A stretch of 64,000 nt of DNA from the NCBI GenBank assembly GCA_052390235.1, contig JBQTHB010000005.1, positions 192,001 through 256,000 on the forward strand. The letters are read 5' to 3'. The DNA is from Deltaproteobacteria bacterium. GTDB lineage: Bacteria > Desulfobacterota_D > UBA1144 > Nemesobacterales > CSP1-2. The translations under genes and the position numbers were made by a program. The notes beneath the pieces were generated by a model that was given only the letters and a program-made list of their open reading frames with translations, was not told the origin of the DNA and searched no databases. The first letter of the stretch is position 1; every line of letters begins with the position of its first letter. Shown in pieces: positions 10,821 to 21,824 of this stretch.

Positions 10821-11477
10821 ATGAGGGTCTATAAAGCGGCGTTTTGGATTATCATCTCGGCAATTGTTGCGGCGTCATGCGCGCCGGCGTTTCAGAACGT
10901 GAGCCGCACGGCAAGCGGAGAGGAATCGGCGGAGATAAAGAAAATCGCCGCCGCGCCGGTTTTCTTCGCATCCGAGCAGGCTGAAGGGGCAATTGGGCAG
11001 GAGAAGCGCAGGCTCGCCGCAGACCTGTTCTATGCCCAGATTGCCCCTTCAGAGCTTCCTAGCGGGATTGTGCCAGCTGATTCTTCGAGAGCCGAGTATG
11101 AGAGAATTAAGCGCGCCGGCGCCAGTGAATTTGAAGCCCTATTTGAGGCGGCGGCGAATCTCAGCGCCGATGCCGTCTTAGTTGGGAATATTTCCGAATA
11201 TAGGGAGCGGGACGGCGGCGAATTCGGTATAAAGTCTCCGGCGGCGGTTGCGCTGGGCGTTCAACTGCTGAGCATTAAAGACGGGACGGTAATTTGGGAG
11301 GCTCATTACTCGGAGACTCAGAGGCCACTCCTAGAGAACGTGGCGAAAATCGGGAAGTTTCTTAAGAGACGCGCCCGCTGGGTTACGAGGGACGAGCTTC
11401 TAAGAGAGGGAATCGCCGAGACTGCGCGCAAATTCAGGGCTTACCTTGCGGCAAAATCCGCTAAAGGCAGTTTTTAG
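10821..11477 (+). CDS. Lipoprotein, TolB-N/CsgG-like fold probable
   Basis: Signal peptide with lipobox AASC; ADAVLVGNISEYRER...GTVIWEA pattern. Confidence 0.7.
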   Translation: MRVYKAAFWIIISAIVAASCAPAFQNVSRTASGEESAEIKKIAAAPVFFASEQAEGAIGQEKRRLAADLFYAQIAPSELPSGIVPADSSRAEYERIKRAGASEFEALFEAAANLSADAVLVGNISEYRERDGGEFGIKSPAAVALGVQLLSIKDGTVIWEAHYSETQRPLLENVAKIGKFLKRRARWVTRDELLREGIAETARKFRAYLAAKSAKGSF

Positions 11478-11495
11478 TGGCTAGTGGTTAGTGAA
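11468..11495 (+). repeat. Degenerate heptamer tandem repeat (YAGTnnn x4)
   Basis: cagtttt-tagtggc-tagtggt-tagtgaa. Confidence 0.55.
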
Positions 11496-11554
11496 AAATC
11501 ATCAGTTGCCGTTGTATCTTTGCGGCTAATCTAAATTCCATCGGAGCAAGTGAA

Positions 11555-12277
11555 ATGCTGATAATTCCGGCAATTGACCTAAAGGGCGGCAAATGCGTGA
11601 GACTCCTAAAAGGCGAAGAGGCGGCGGTAACCGTCTTTTCCGAGAACCCGGCGCAGGTCGCTCGCAGGTGGGAGGGGTTCGGGGCGAAGTGGATTCACGT
11701 CGTGGATTTGGACGGGGCGTTCTCGGGCGAGCCGAAGAATTTTGACCTGATTCGAGAGATTGCCAAATCCCTCTCCTGCCCGATACAAGTAGGCGGCGGG
11801 ATTAGAACTCTGGGCGTCATCGAGAGGTATTTAAATCTCGGCGCGGGAAGGGTGATTCTCGGCACGGCGGCATTTGTTAGCCGCGATTTCCTTGCCGAGG
11901 CGTGCCGTCTGTTTCCGGGGCGAATCGCGCTTGGACTCGACACCAAGGGCGGGAAAATCGCCGTCAAGGGCTGGACTGAGGTCGTGGATTTGGACACGGC
12001 GGCGGCCCTCAGAGAGGTGAAGGATATGGGAGTCGCCCTGGTCATCCACACAAACGTTGACCGCGACGGCACTATGGAGGGGGTCAATCTCGCCTCGATG
12101 AGGGAATTTGCCGAAGCCTCGCCGCTTCCCGTTGTAGCTTCCGGGGGGATAGCCTCGATGTCGGATTTGGAGAAAATTGCAACTCTCGAGGGCGAGGGCG
12201 TTGTTGGGGCGATTCTTGGGCGGTCAATTTACACGGGCGCAATCAATTTGGCAGAGGCGATAGAGAAATATTCCTAG
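11555..12277 (+). CDS. hisA: ProFAR isomerase
   Basis: IIPAIDLKGGKCVRL, HVVDLDGA, QVGGGIR, DGTMEG, ASGG. Confidence 0.97.
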   Translation: MLIIPAIDLKGGKCVRLLKGEEAAVTVFSENPAQVARRWEGFGAKWIHVVDLDGAFSGEPKNFDLIREIAKSLSCPIQVGGGIRTLGVIERYLNLGAGRVILGTAAFVSRDFLAEACRLFPGRIALGLDTKGGKIAVKGWTEVVDLDTAAALREVKDMGVALVIHTNVDRDGTMEGVNLASMREFAEASPLPVVASGGIASMSDLEKIATLEGEGVVGAILGRSIYTGAINLAEAIEKYS

Positions 12278-12297
12278 CCGCTATAGAGAGATAAAAG

Positions 12298-12328
12298 CAG
12301 TTTTTAGTAGTCAGTTTTTAGTTGTTAG
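12298..12328 (+). repeat. Degenerate heptamer tandem repeat
   Basis: cagtttt-tagtagt-cagtttt-tagttgt-tag; shares GCAGTTTTTAGT with the 11467 copy. Confidence 0.55.
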
Positions 12329-12379
12329 CCAAAACTCAAAGCGTTTTTCCATATCGCGGCTGAAAACGAGGATTCCCAA

Positions 12380-13138
12380 ATGCTTGCAAAGAGAATAATT
12401 CCCTGCCTCGACGTAAAGGACGGAAGGGTCGTCAAAGGGGTCAAATTCCTCAATCTGCGCGATGCTGGAGACCCCGTGGAAATCGCCAAAAAATACAGCG
12501 ACGAGGGGGCGGATGAGATAACTTTTCTCGACATCACGGCATCCCATGAGGAGAGGCGGACGATGATTGACGTTGTCGAGCGCACCGCCGCGCAGGTGTT
12601 CGTGCCGCTTACCGTAGGCGGAGGGGTGAGGACTCTCGAGGACATAAGGGGACTGCTCCTCGCAGGGGCGGACAAGGTCTCCATCAACACGGCGGCTGTG
12701 AAAAACCCGGAATTCGTCAGAGAGGCGGCGCGGCGATTCGGGAGCCAGTGCATAGTCGTGGCGGTTGACGCAAGGCGAGTCGCCGAGGGGAAATGGGAGG
12801 TGTTCACGCACGGAGGCAGGAATCCCACGGGTATTGACGCCGTGCTGTGGACGGAGCGTATGGAGAGCGTTGGCGCCGGGGAAATCCTCCTTACGAGCAT
12901 GGACATGGACGGCACTAAGTCGGGCTACGACATCGCCCTAACCAAAGCCGTATCCGAGCGCGTGGGGGTTCCGGTTATCGCCTCTGGCGGGGTGGGAAGC
13001 CTCGCCCATATTTACGAAGGGCTTACAGAGGGAAGAGCCGACGCCGCCCTTTGCGCCTCAATTTTTCACTACGGGGAGTATTCGATTGCCGAGGCGAAGG
13101 GGTTTTTGAGCCAGCGTGGCGTGGAAATTAGATTATGA
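12380..13138 (+). CDS. hisF: Imidazole glycerol phosphate synthase cyclase subunit
   Basis: [36 protein letters not shown]. Confidence 0.98.
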   Translation: MLAKRIIPCLDVKDGRVVKGVKFLNLRDAGDPVEIAKKYSDEGADEITFLDITASHEERRTMIDVVERTAAQVFVPLTVGGGVRTLEDIRGLLLAGADKVSINTAAVKNPEFVREAARRFGSQCIVVAVDARRVAEGKWEVFTHGGRNPTGIDAVLWTERMESVGAGEILLTSMDMDGTKSGYDIALTKAVSERVGVPVIASGGVGSLAHIYEGLTEGRADAALCASIFHYGEYSIAEAKGFLSQRGVEIRL

Positions 13139-13285
13139 GCGCGCCTCAGCCCTTGGATATTCCCAAGGAGTTGGGCGGATGAGAGATTGTCATTGCGAGC
13201 TGGCGGCGAGCCGAGTCTTAACGCGCGCCTGAACCTGCTTTATTTCCATTTGTTCATCGTATCTTAGAGAGGGGGGGCGAAGGCA

Positions 13286-14338
13286 ATGAAGACCATAAGG
13301 GAAGAGCTGGAAGAAATCGAGAAAATGACGCTGTCCCCCTTTGCCTCTCTCAGCGCCGAGAGCAAGGGCAGGCTCGCTCCCGAAGAGTCGTGTCCCATCC
13401 GCACCTGTTATCAGCGCGACCGAGACAGAATTATCCACTCCAAATCCTTCCGCCGAATGAAGCACAAAACCCAGGTGTTCCTCGCCCCCACGGGAGACCA
13501 CTACCGCACCCGCCTCACCCACGTTATCGAAGTCTCCCAAATCGCCCGCACCATCGCCAAAGCCCTGCGCCTCAACGGAGACCTCACTGAAGCCATAGCT
13601 CTCGGACACGACCTCGGACACACCCCTTTCGGTCATGCCGGAGAGGACGCGCTTAACGAAATTTTCCCCGGCGGATTCAAGCACGTTATTCATAGCCTCC
13701 GCGTGGTGGACGTTCTGGAGCGAGACGGAAGGGGTCTGAACCTCACACACGAAGTGAGGGACGGAATCGCCAAGCACTCCAAAGGGATGGGCCCGCTCGA
13801 CAACCCCAAATACCGCCCTGAGACGCTGGAGGGGCAGATTGTGAGGCTCTCGGATTTAGTCGCCTACGCCAATCACGACCTTGACGACGCCGTAAGGTCG
13901 GGAATCATCACCTTCGACGACGTGCCGAGGGCGTTTACGGATGTTCTGGGCAACTCAAACTCGGAGCGGATTAACCGCATGGTAACGGACATTATATTCG
14001 AGACCAAAAGAGTGGGGGAGAGGAAAATCGTCATCAGCGGCGAGGTTGAAGAGGCGATAGTCGGGCTGAGGGGATACCTCTTCAATACGGTCTATATGAA
14101 CGAGAAAATCAGGAACAACTTTCTGAAAGCTAGGAAAATCATCAGAGAACTCTACGAACACTTCTGCGCAGCCCCCGATGAGTTTTGGCGCGCCTACACC
14201 AGAGCGCCCAGAGAGGGGGAAACCCTTGAGCGGGCGGTGTGTGATTTCATAGCCGGCATGACTGACTCCTACGCGGTCTCGATTTACAGGGAGATTTTTC
14301 TCCCCAAGCGCTGGCAGGGGGATTTAAGCTCGCTGTGA
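13286..14338 (+). CDS. dgt: Deoxyguanosinetriphosphate triphosphohydrolase-like HD protein
   Basis: RDRDRIIHSKSFRR, KTQVF, RTRLTH, HDLGHTPFGHAGE, DLVAY. Confidence 0.93.
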   Translation: MKTIREELEEIEKMTLSPFASLSAESKGRLAPEESCPIRTCYQRDRDRIIHSKSFRRMKHKTQVFLAPTGDHYRTRLTHVIEVSQIARTIAKALRLNGDLTEAIALGHDLGHTPFGHAGEDALNEIFPGGFKHVIHSLRVVDVLERDGRGLNLTHEVRDGIAKHSKGMGPLDNPKYRPETLEGQIVRLSDLVAYANHDLDDAVRSGIITFDDVPRAFTDVLGNSNSERINRMVTDIIFETKRVGERKIVISGEVEEAIVGLRGYLFNTVYMNEKIRNNFLKARKIIRELYEHFCAAPDEFWRAYTRAPREGETLERAVCDFIAGMTDSYAVSIYREIFLPKRWQGDLSSL

Positions 14339-14524
14339 TGTTTGATGTTTATTGTAGCCTATGTGAGTAACGCTCGATATTGAGGTATCAGCAGAGCGCG
14401 GAATCTATCGCTTAGCGGACGGCTGTTTCGCTCTCTGTTCATAACGACATACCCTGGGGAGTTATTTTGAATAGGCTCAGCGAATGGCAAATGCGCGCTA
14501 CCCATTGGAGTTGGAGAAACCATC

Positions 14525-15328
14525 GTGATAAAGCTCGGCACTGTGCCATTTCTAAACGTAAGACCGCTCGTCTATCCCCTTGAAGAGGGATTAATCCGGC
14601 ATGATTTCGAGATTTCCTATCTCTCGCCCTCAGAGCTTGCCCCGATGCTCGCCGGAGGAGGACTGGATGTGGCGCTAGTTCCCGTTGCCGAGCTTCTGGC
14701 AGACAGCAGGCGTTCGAGAATCGTCCCCGGTGTCTCGATTTCATCTGCGGGGAAAGTGGCAAGCGTCATACTACTTGCAAAAGAGGGGCTTAGGGATATA
14801 AAAACCGTCGCCGTGGACGCGCGCTCTCGAAGCTCAACGCGGCTTTTGAGAGTGATACTCGAAATTTTCTACAACGCCCATCCACGATACGTCGCAAGAG
14901 AGCCAGAAGGGGATTTCCTCGACGGAGTTGACGGGGGGATGCTCATCGGAAACGCCGGTCTGAGATTTAATCATTTCCCCCCGGCGGGGTGGAGGGTTTA
15001 CGACCTCGGCGAAATCTGGACTGAGGCGACGGGGCTTCCTTTCGTCTATGCGGTTTATGCGGCGGGCGAGGGGATAAATTTGGGAGGCAATCTCGGCGCG
15101 CTCGTCGAGGCAAAGCGCGTCGGGCTGGGTGAGGTTCACAAAATCGCCAAAATTGAGGCGGCAAAATTAGGACTCCCCGAAGCCATCTGCCGAGAATACC
15201 TCGCCGAGAGAATCCGATTTGATTTAGGAGAGCCGGAGATGAGGGGAATTTCAGCCTATGCAAAATTCCTCTTGGAGCTTGGGGAGATTGACAAAATCCC
15301 GGATTTGCGCATTTACCAAGCGCAATAG
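14525..15328 (+). CDS. mqnA: Chorismate dehydratase (futalosine menaquinone pathway)
   Basis: VPFLNVRPL, SRSSTRL, LIGN, DLGEIWTEATGLPFVYAV. Confidence 0.9.
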   Translation: MIKLGTVPFLNVRPLVYPLEEGLIRHDFEISYLSPSELAPMLAGGGLDVALVPVAELLADSRRSRIVPGVSISSAGKVASVILLAKEGLRDIKTVAVDARSRSSTRLLRVILEIFYNAHPRYVAREPEGDFLDGVDGGMLIGNAGLRFNHFPPAGWRVYDLGEIWTEATGLPFVYAVYAAGEGINLGGNLGALVEAKRVGLGEVHKIAKIEAAKLGLPEAICREYLAERIRFDLGEPEMRGISAYAKFLLELGEIDKIPDLRIYQAQ

Positions 15329-15463
15329 GGCGGCGAATCCGAGTGGGCGAGGCTCAAAAGCTAGGACTCGCTCATCAGTCCCCGCACCTCTTCTTGAGAT
15401 TGTCGAGGGATGGGAGAGCTAGGGGGGATATGCCCGTGGGTAAAACCGCTTTCAGCGCGCTAA

Positions 15464-15492
15464 TTGACAGTATGAGATTTTTACCCTATTCT
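15464..15492 (+). promoter_or_regulatory. Sigma70-type promoter
   Basis: TTGACA-N17-TATTCT, 14 nt before ATG 15507. Confidence 0.65.
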
Positions 15493-15506
15493 TCGCATCC
15501 CAAGAA

Positions 15507-16400
15507 ATGCAACACATTATTCTCGCCACGAATCCCAGCCGTGATTACGAACTCCTAGACAGCGGAGAGGGGGAAAAGCTAGAGCGCTACGGGGGCTTTG
15601 CCATCTCCCGCCCCGACCCTCAGGTGCTTTGGCGAAAACGCCTCTCCACAGCAAAATGGAGCGCGGCAGACGCCCTCTTTACACGCGACGAGAGAAACGC
15701 CCAGTGGAAATTTACGCGCCCAGACTTGCCCCGCAAATGGGAAATCGAGCTTGGGGGCTTGCGATTTTGGATTAAACCCACGCCGTTTAAGCACGTGGGC
15801 GTTTTCCCGGAGCATCTGGAAAACTGGCTTTGGATGCGCAACGAGATAAAACGCGCAGGGCGGAAAATCTCGATGCTCAATGTCTTTGGCTACACCGCAG
15901 GGGCGAGTCTTGCCGCCGCCGCCGAAGGGGCTGAGGTCTGCCACGTCGAGGGGTCGAAGCCCGCGCTCGCGTGGGCGCGGGAAAACGCGCAGTTATCCGG
16001 GCTTGAGGCAAAACCCGTGCGCTGGATTCTGGACGACGCGCCGACCTTTGTGCGAAGGGAAATCAAGCGCGGAAAAAAGTACGACGCCATCGTGGTTGAC
16101 CCTCCGGCGTTCGGGCATGGGCCCGCTGGAGAGCTATGGAAAATCGAGGAGAATTTTCTGCCGTTTCTCGATTCGTGCAGGCAGGTTCTGTCAGATACCC
16201 CGCTTTTCATTCTCATAAACGGCTACGCCTCAGGGTATTCGGCAATCGCTTATAGAAACAATTTGGGGGATTTAACGGCTGATTTCGGCGGGAAAATCGA
16301 GGCGGGCGAGCTTGCCATCAGGGAATCAGGCAGGGGAGGGCGACTCCTTCCGGCTGGGATTTTTGCGCGGTGGAGCGCGAGGGCATCGGCAGTCGGTTAG
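15507..16400 (+). CDS. Class I SAM-dependent methyltransferase (RlmI/YwbD-like)
   Basis: YELLDSGEGEKLERYG, HVGVFPE, LNVFGYTAGAS, DPPAFGHG. Confidence 0.9.
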   Translation: MQHIILATNPSRDYELLDSGEGEKLERYGGFAISRPDPQVLWRKRLSTAKWSAADALFTRDERNAQWKFTRPDLPRKWEIELGGLRFWIKPTPFKHVGVFPEHLENWLWMRNEIKRAGRKISMLNVFGYTAGASLAAAAEGAEVCHVEGSKPALAWARENAQLSGLEAKPVRWILDDAPTFVRREIKRGKKYDAIVVDPPAFGHGPAGELWKIEENFLPFLDSCRQVLSDTPLFILINGYASGYSAIAYRNNLGDLTADFGGKIEAGELAIRESGRGGRLLPAGIFARWSARASAVG

Positions 16401-16553
16401 GGGATATATAAAAATATCCACAATTACACTACCCACGCGCTGGGCATATCAAAATAGATAGGTATTCAGGTGATTCGGAAACGCCGACGACGATGCGCGA
16501 ATTTTGAGGGCGTGGGGGATTTTAGCATTGCGTAGCAATTTGGGGAGGAGAAG

Positions 16554-17276
16554 ATGCAAAGAATTGACGCGAGACAGAGAATTATCGTTGCCCTCGATGT
16601 TTTCAGCGTCGAGGAAGCCAGAGGGCTAATTGACCGGCTCGAAGGGGTCGTCTCGTTTTTTAAGATTAACTTTCTGCTCATTCTGGGTGGCGCGGACAGG
16701 AAATTCAGGGAGGAGTTAGCAAATCGAGGGAAGCAGATTTTCATTGACCTCAAATTCAACGACATTGACAGCACTGTGGAGTCCTATATTCGCAGGCTAG
16801 CCGAGGAGAGAATTTCGTTCTGCACCATAAACGCCGCGCCGCAGACCGTGAAAGCCGCCCTCGCCGGTAAAGCGGGCAACCCGGATTTCAAATTGCTTCA
16901 GGTTACGGTTCTAACCGGCATGGGGGATTATAATCTCAGAGACCTGTACGGGATTAATTGCTCCGTCCCTCTGGAAACCGTAGTCCTGCACAGAGCTAAA
17001 GCGGCGTATGCCCTCGGATGCGACGGCGTCGTAGCGTCGGCTCACGAGGCGAAGAAGATAAAAGCGCTATCCGATGGGAAACTCATAGTCGTAACCCCCG
17101 GCATCCGCCCCGACGATAACACGGATGACCACAGGCGGGCGGCAACCCCGGAGTTCGCCATCGCACAGGGGGCAGATTACCTAGTCGTGGGCAGACCAAT
17201 TATTAAGGCGGCTGACCCGGTTCGGGCGGCTCTGGGGATTATCGAGAGGATGCAACGCGCCTTTGACGCGAGATGA
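16554..17276 (+). CDS. pyrF: Orotidine-5'-phosphate decarboxylase
   Basis: IVALD, DLKFNDIDSTV, VTPGIR, GADYLVVGRPI. Confidence 0.95.
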   Translation: MQRIDARQRIIVALDVFSVEEARGLIDRLEGVVSFFKINFLLILGGADRKFREELANRGKQIFIDLKFNDIDSTVESYIRRLAEERISFCTINAAPQTVKAALAGKAGNPDFKLLQVTVLTGMGDYNLRDLYGINCSVPLETVVLHRAKAAYALGCDGVVASAHEAKKIKALSDGKLIVVTPGIRPDDNTDDHRRAATPEFAIAQGADYLVVGRPIIKAADPVRAALGIIERMQRAFDAR

Positions 17277-17316
17277 AATTCCAACTCCGTCCATTCATGG
17301 CTCATATCAGAATCAA

Positions 17317-18072
17317 TCATGAATCCCTTATCTTGACACGCCTCTGCCTTGCCGCCTCATAAATCATTATCCCCGCCGAAACCGAGGCGTTGAGAGACGA
17401 AATCTCGCCCGGATTCGGAATTGAGACTATAAAATCGCACTCTTCGCGCACGAGCCGTCCAAGCCCCCTCCCCTCGTTTCCGACGACTACGGCTAGAGCG
17501 ACTTTGCCCAAATCCTCTTCAAACACCGATTTGGAAGCCGAGGCATCCGCGCCGACAATCCACACCCCGCGCCGCTTGAGTTCCTTCATCGCCGAGACCA
17601 AATTGACCACCCTAGACACAGGTGTAACCGCTGCCGCTCCAGCCGAGGCTTTCACTGCCGCCGCCGTAACCCCCGCCGCCCGGTCTTTGGGGATGATGAC
17701 GCCGTGCGCTCCGAGGGCGTTTGCGGATCTGATTATCGCTCCTAAATTCTGCGGGTCTTCGATGTGGTCGAGGACGGCGATAAGGGGATTTTCCCCCCTC
17801 TGGCCTGCGCGCTGGAAAATGTCGTCCATCGAGGCGTATTGAAAGTCCGGGATTCTAGCGGCTATACCCTGATGACTCCCCCCATCCGAAATTTGGTCGA
17901 GCGACTTGGGGGAGACGAAAGCGACGCGGACGCTTTTGGCTTTGGCGAGGGTTAAAATCTCGGCGATTTTCCCTCCCCCCCTCAGGTCTTCGGAGATTAA
18001 AACCTCCTCCACCACGCCCAATGCGGGGTTAAGCAAGGCTTCTTTAACGGGTTTGCGTCCGTAAATTATCAA
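17317..18072 (-). CDS. rlmB: 23S rRNA Gm2251 methyltransferase
   Basis: SHQGIAA, DPQNLGAIIRSA, GNEGRG, SLNASV SPOUT motifs. Confidence 0.93.
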   Translation of the reverse strand: MIIYGRKPVKEALLNPALGVVEEVLISEDLRGGGKIAEILTLAKAKSVRVAFVSPKSLDQISDGGSHQGIAARIPDFQYASMDDIFQRAGQRGENPLIAVLDHIEDPQNLGAIIRSANALGAHGVIIPKDRAAGVTAAAVKASAGAAAVTPVSRVVNLVSAMKELKRRGVWIVGADASASKSVFEEDLGKVALAVVVGNEGRGLGRLVREECDFIVSIPNPGEISSLNASVSAGIMIYEAARQRRVKIRDS

Positions 18073-19466
18073 TTTTCCACGGGCGGCAGGGCTGAATCGG
18101 GAGAAACGGGGGACACCTGCCCCTCGGCGAGTCCGAATTCCCCTTCGGCTTCCCTGAGCTTATTTATGAGGTTATCGGCAATCCACTTATCGTCCCACCA
18201 CTCGACTGGGCGCACGGCGACGCCGTCAATGTACACCCCGTAGTGGAGGTGATCCCCTGCAGCAAGACCGGTCTCGCCAGTTCTGCCTATGGACTGCCCT
18301 TTTTTGACCGCATCGCCTACATTCGTGGTAATTGAACTCATGTGTCCGTAGAGGGTCATAATGCCGAACCCGTGGTCAATTATGACGGTGTTGCCGTAGA
18401 TGCCCAAGTCGCCGCTGAACAGGACAGCGCCGTCGTTTGCCGCCTCAATGGGATACTGCCTCGTTACGGCAAGGTCGTAGCCGAGGTGATATTGGAGGTC
18501 AATCGCCTCGCCGTTTAGGGTGTAGGTTCGCTCGTCGGCGAAATTCGCCTCAACCTGAGAGTTGCTGAGTTGATGAAAGGCTCTAGTCCAGAGAAATTTA
18601 CCAGCGGAGCTTTCGGCGAGCTTTTTAATTTGGGCGTCGTTGGATTGGCGCAAATTTCTGTTGACCTTGAGGAAGAAGTTTTTATACTCGCTCTCGTCGG
18701 CGGGGTCAACGCCTAAAATCGGGGCGATTTTTCTCAGTACGAAATCAGCGCTGATGTTAATTGTGCTTTTTTTGTACCTCGCCCCTCTGAGTTTATAGAA
18801 AAACCCCGCCTGCTTCTGGTTTCCCGCCCCGTCCTCGGCGACGACGTTCATAGGGGCGCTGGGGTCAACGTTATAGGGATAGGCGAAAAATGCGAGATAC
18901 ACGTCTGGCTGTTTGAAGTAGCCCCTGTGTCCGGGGAAGAAGTAATCCCCGATTTTGACCCCGCTTCGTACGGCGTCGTCGGAGGTTTTATATATGACAA
19001 GCCCCGAGCCTCCGTGATTTATGTAATGCTCGCGGCTGAGAATCTCGACCTTGGGAGGGGTGAAATCCACGGCAACTCTCTTATTGACGACGGCGCTATT
19101 GCCCGAGAAAAATCTGAGCTTGGAGCGGTCTTCGGCCCTTACGACAATTTCAGCCTCTCCGCCCTTGGGATTGAGGTTTTTGCGGTCTATCTCGACCGTG
19201 ATTTTGTCCTCTGTTACTCCGGCGGGGTAACTCTTATCGGCAATCAGCGTCTCGACGCCACCAGCAACGAGCGATACCGACGCCGATTTGAGTCCGCTCC
19301 CCTCGTCGCGTATCTCAACCTCGAACGGACGAAGCCCGATGTAGCCGGATGGGAGTTTTATATCCACTAAAGGGGCGCGCCACTCGAAAAGGGGAAAGTA
19401 GCGATACCCCCCTGCAACAATTCCGCCGATGAGAATCAAGTAGAAAAAATTCTTTAGCGTTTTCAT
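18069..19466 (-). CDS. M23 family metallopeptidase
   Basis: HLGYD, YGHM and HLHY zinc motifs; N-terminal membrane anchor; start ATG 19466 with AAGGAG SD. Confidence 0.92.
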   Translation of the reverse strand: MKTLKNFFYLILIGGIVAGGYRYFPLFEWRAPLVDIKLPSGYIGLRPFEVEIRDEGSGLKSASVSLVAGGVETLIADKSYPAGVTEDKITVEIDRKNLNPKGGEAEIVVRAEDRSKLRFFSGNSAVVNKRVAVDFTPPKVEILSREHYINHGGSGLVIYKTSDDAVRSGVKIGDYFFPGHRGYFKQPDVYLAFFAYPYNVDPSAPMNVVAEDGAGNQKQAGFFYKLRGARYKKSTINISADFVLRKIAPILGVDPADESEYKNFFLKVNRNLRQSNDAQIKKLAESSAGKFLWTRAFHQLSNSQVEANFADERTYTLNGEAIDLQYHLGYDLAVTRQYPIEAANDGAVLFSGDLGIYGNTVIIDHGFGIMTLYGHMSSITTNVGDAVKKGQSIGRTGETGLAAGDHLHYGVYIDGVAVRPVEWWDDKWIADNLINKLREAEGEFGLAEGQVSPVSPDSALPPVEN

Positions 19467-19683
19467 TAAAGAATCTCCTTGCAACGCTAGCGTCCGCGAA
19501 TTTAAAGCCGCATCTATTATAACCCATCCCCCAAGCTGAGTGAAGATACGGCGGTTTCAATCGGGCAGAAGAAGCGAGGGCGTTTCAGATTGGATTTGCG
19601 GTTAAAATCCTGCACCCGCGCATCTTGTATAAATGTTTGCGGTTAGTCAGAATTCCCTAACGCGCGCGCCGGAGATTCATCCC

Positions 19684-21678
19684 TTGCATCTACCCCTGCT
19701 GACTGAAATCACCACGATATTTGCCCTCTCGGTTCTAGTGCTGTTTCTGTGCAGCCGGGCGCGAATTCCGACCATCGTGGGTTTTCTCATTACGGGGGTG
19801 CTGGCGGGCCCGCACGGGCTTGGGTTGATTAAAAACATCTCTGGCGTTGAGGCCCTTGCCGAGTTCGGAGTAGTACTCCTACTTTTCACCATCGGAATCG
19901 AATTTTCCCTAAAGAGCCTCGCGCAGATTAAGAGAACCGTCCTACTCGGCGGCTCGCTTCAGGTGTCTCTTACTATACTTCTCACGTTTCTCGTAGCCTC
20001 TTGGGCGGGCGAGCCATTTGGCAGGGCAATTTTCATGGGCTTTCTCGTATCCATCAGCAGCACCGTGATAATGCTAAAAATCCTCCAGAGCCGAGCCGAG
20101 GCGGACAGCCCTCATGGAAGGGCAGGCTTGGGCATATCAATTTTTCAGGATATATCCTCGGTCGTGATGATTTTAGTCGCCCCGCTCCTCGCTGGAGCAG
20201 GCGGGGAGGTGGGCAAATCCCTAGCATTTTTAGTGGGCAAGGGGGTATTGGTCATAGCGCTCGTGGTGGTTTCAGCCAGGTGGATTGTGCCGTCCGCGCT
20301 GTACCGCATCACGCAGACCCGAAGCAGGGAACTGTTCCTCCTAGGGATAGTGGTTATATGCTTTGCCGTGGCGTGGCTAACATCCAGCATAGGGCTATCG
20401 CTCGCGCTGGGGGCGTTTTTAGCGGGTCTCATCATATCCGAATCCGAGTACGCAGAGCAGGCTCTGGGAAACATCACCCCGTTTCGAGACGTCTTTACGA
20501 GCTTCTTTTTCATTTCAATAGGGATGCTACTCAATATCGGATTTGTCGCCGATAATCTCTCATCAATTGCGATTATTACGGCTCTGGCGCTGATAATTAA
20601 AGCGGCGGCGGCGGGAGTGGCTGTAGCGGCTCTGGGACTGCCGCTGCGAATAACGGTTCTCACGGGACTGCTCCTCGCCCAAGTGGGAGAGTTTTCCTTT
20701 GTGCTGTCGAGAACGGGGATTGAGTACGGGCTTCTCGGCGGGGACATTTATCAGATGTTCCTCTCGGTCTCGGTGCTGACAATGGCGCTTTCGCCCCTGA
20801 TAATGGCTCTTGCGCCGGCGGCGGCGGATTTGATTATGAAACTGCCCCTGTCCGATGCTATAAAATCTGGCGCGAACCCAAACAGCGACGACGCAAACGG
20901 GGCGGACTCCCGCGAGGCGCCGCCCAGAGACCATATCATCGTCGTCGGGTTCGGCGTGAACGGCAGAAACCTCTCGAAAGCGGCAAAAGCGGCTTCGATT
21001 CCCTACACGATAATCGAGGCTAACTCCCAAACTGTAAGAGCCGAGAGGGCAAAGGGCGAGCCAATTCGCTACGGGGACGCCACTCAGGAGGCGACGCTTC
21101 GCCGGGCGGGGATTACCGAGGCGAGGGTGATGGTGATCGCCATCTCAGATGCCGCCGCAACGAGGCAGATAGTGGCGGAGGCGAGGGTTTTAAATCCGAC
21201 ATTCTGCATCATCGCCAGAACCAGATTTGTTCAGGAAGTAAAACCCCTCTACGGCTTAGGGGCAAACGAAGTCATACCGGAAGAATTCGAGACCTCGGTA
21301 GAAATTTTCACGCGCGTTCTCACAAAATATCTCATATCAAGGGGCGAAATAGAGAAATTCATCGCTGAAATCCGCTCGGACGGCTATGAGATGTTCCGAA
21401 GCTACCACACCCACGCCCCTACATTTTCGGATTTGACACTTAGCATCCCCGACGTGGAGATATGCTCGTTGAAAGTGGATAAACGCTCGCCCGTAGTAGG
21501 GCTATCCCTTGCCGAAATCAAGCCTCGCACCAGATACGGGGTCACGGTGCTTGCCGTGAGGCGCGAGGGGGAAATCCTATCCAATCCGGCGGGAGATGCC
21601 CGGCTTTTGGGGGACGATGTGATAATTACTCTCGGAAAGCCGGAGGAAATCGCCGAATTCGCCCGATTGTTCCAGTGA
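19684..21678 (+). CDS. CPA2 monovalent cation:proton antiporter with TrkA-N/TrkA-C domains (KefC-like)
   Basis: Multiple TM helices, LFTIGIEFS, FQD, QVGEFSFV, GFGVNG, GDAT; TTG 19684 preceded by GGAG. Confidence 0.93.
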   Translation: MHLPLLTEITTIFALSVLVLFLCSRARIPTIVGFLITGVLAGPHGLGLIKNISGVEALAEFGVVLLLFTIGIEFSLKSLAQIKRTVLLGGSLQVSLTILLTFLVASWAGEPFGRAIFMGFLVSISSTVIMLKILQSRAEADSPHGRAGLGISIFQDISSVVMILVAPLLAGAGGEVGKSLAFLVGKGVLVIALVVVSARWIVPSALYRITQTRSRELFLLGIVVICFAVAWLTSSIGLSLALGAFLAGLIISESEYAEQALGNITPFRDVFTSFFFISIGMLLNIGFVADNLSSIAIITALALIIKAAAAGVAVAALGLPLRITVLTGLLLAQVGEFSFVLSRTGIEYGLLGGDIYQMFLSVSVLTMALSPLIMALAPAAADLIMKLPLSDAIKSGANPNSDDANGADSREAPPRDHIIVVGFGVNGRNLSKAAKAASIPYTIIEANSQTVRAERAKGEPIRYGDATQEATLRRAGITEARVMVIAISDAAATRQIVAEARVLNPTFCIIARTRFVQEVKPLYGLGANEVIPEEFETSVEIFTRVLTKYLISRGEIEKFIAEIRSDGYEMFRSYHTHAPTFSDLTLSIPDVEICSLKVDKRSPVVGLSLAEIKPRTRYGVTVLAVRREGEILSNPAGDARLLGDDVIITLGKPEEIAEFARLFQ

Positions 21679-21824
21679 AACGGCTAGGCGGCGGCAAACC
21701 GGCCAGTGAACCCAGACACGAGAATTCCCATCCCCCTGAGCAGATTGGCAGCGCCCATATTGAGCGATGCTGCTGTGCCGCGCATCTTTTGAAATAAACC
21801 GCGCTTGATGATAAATTTAAGCCG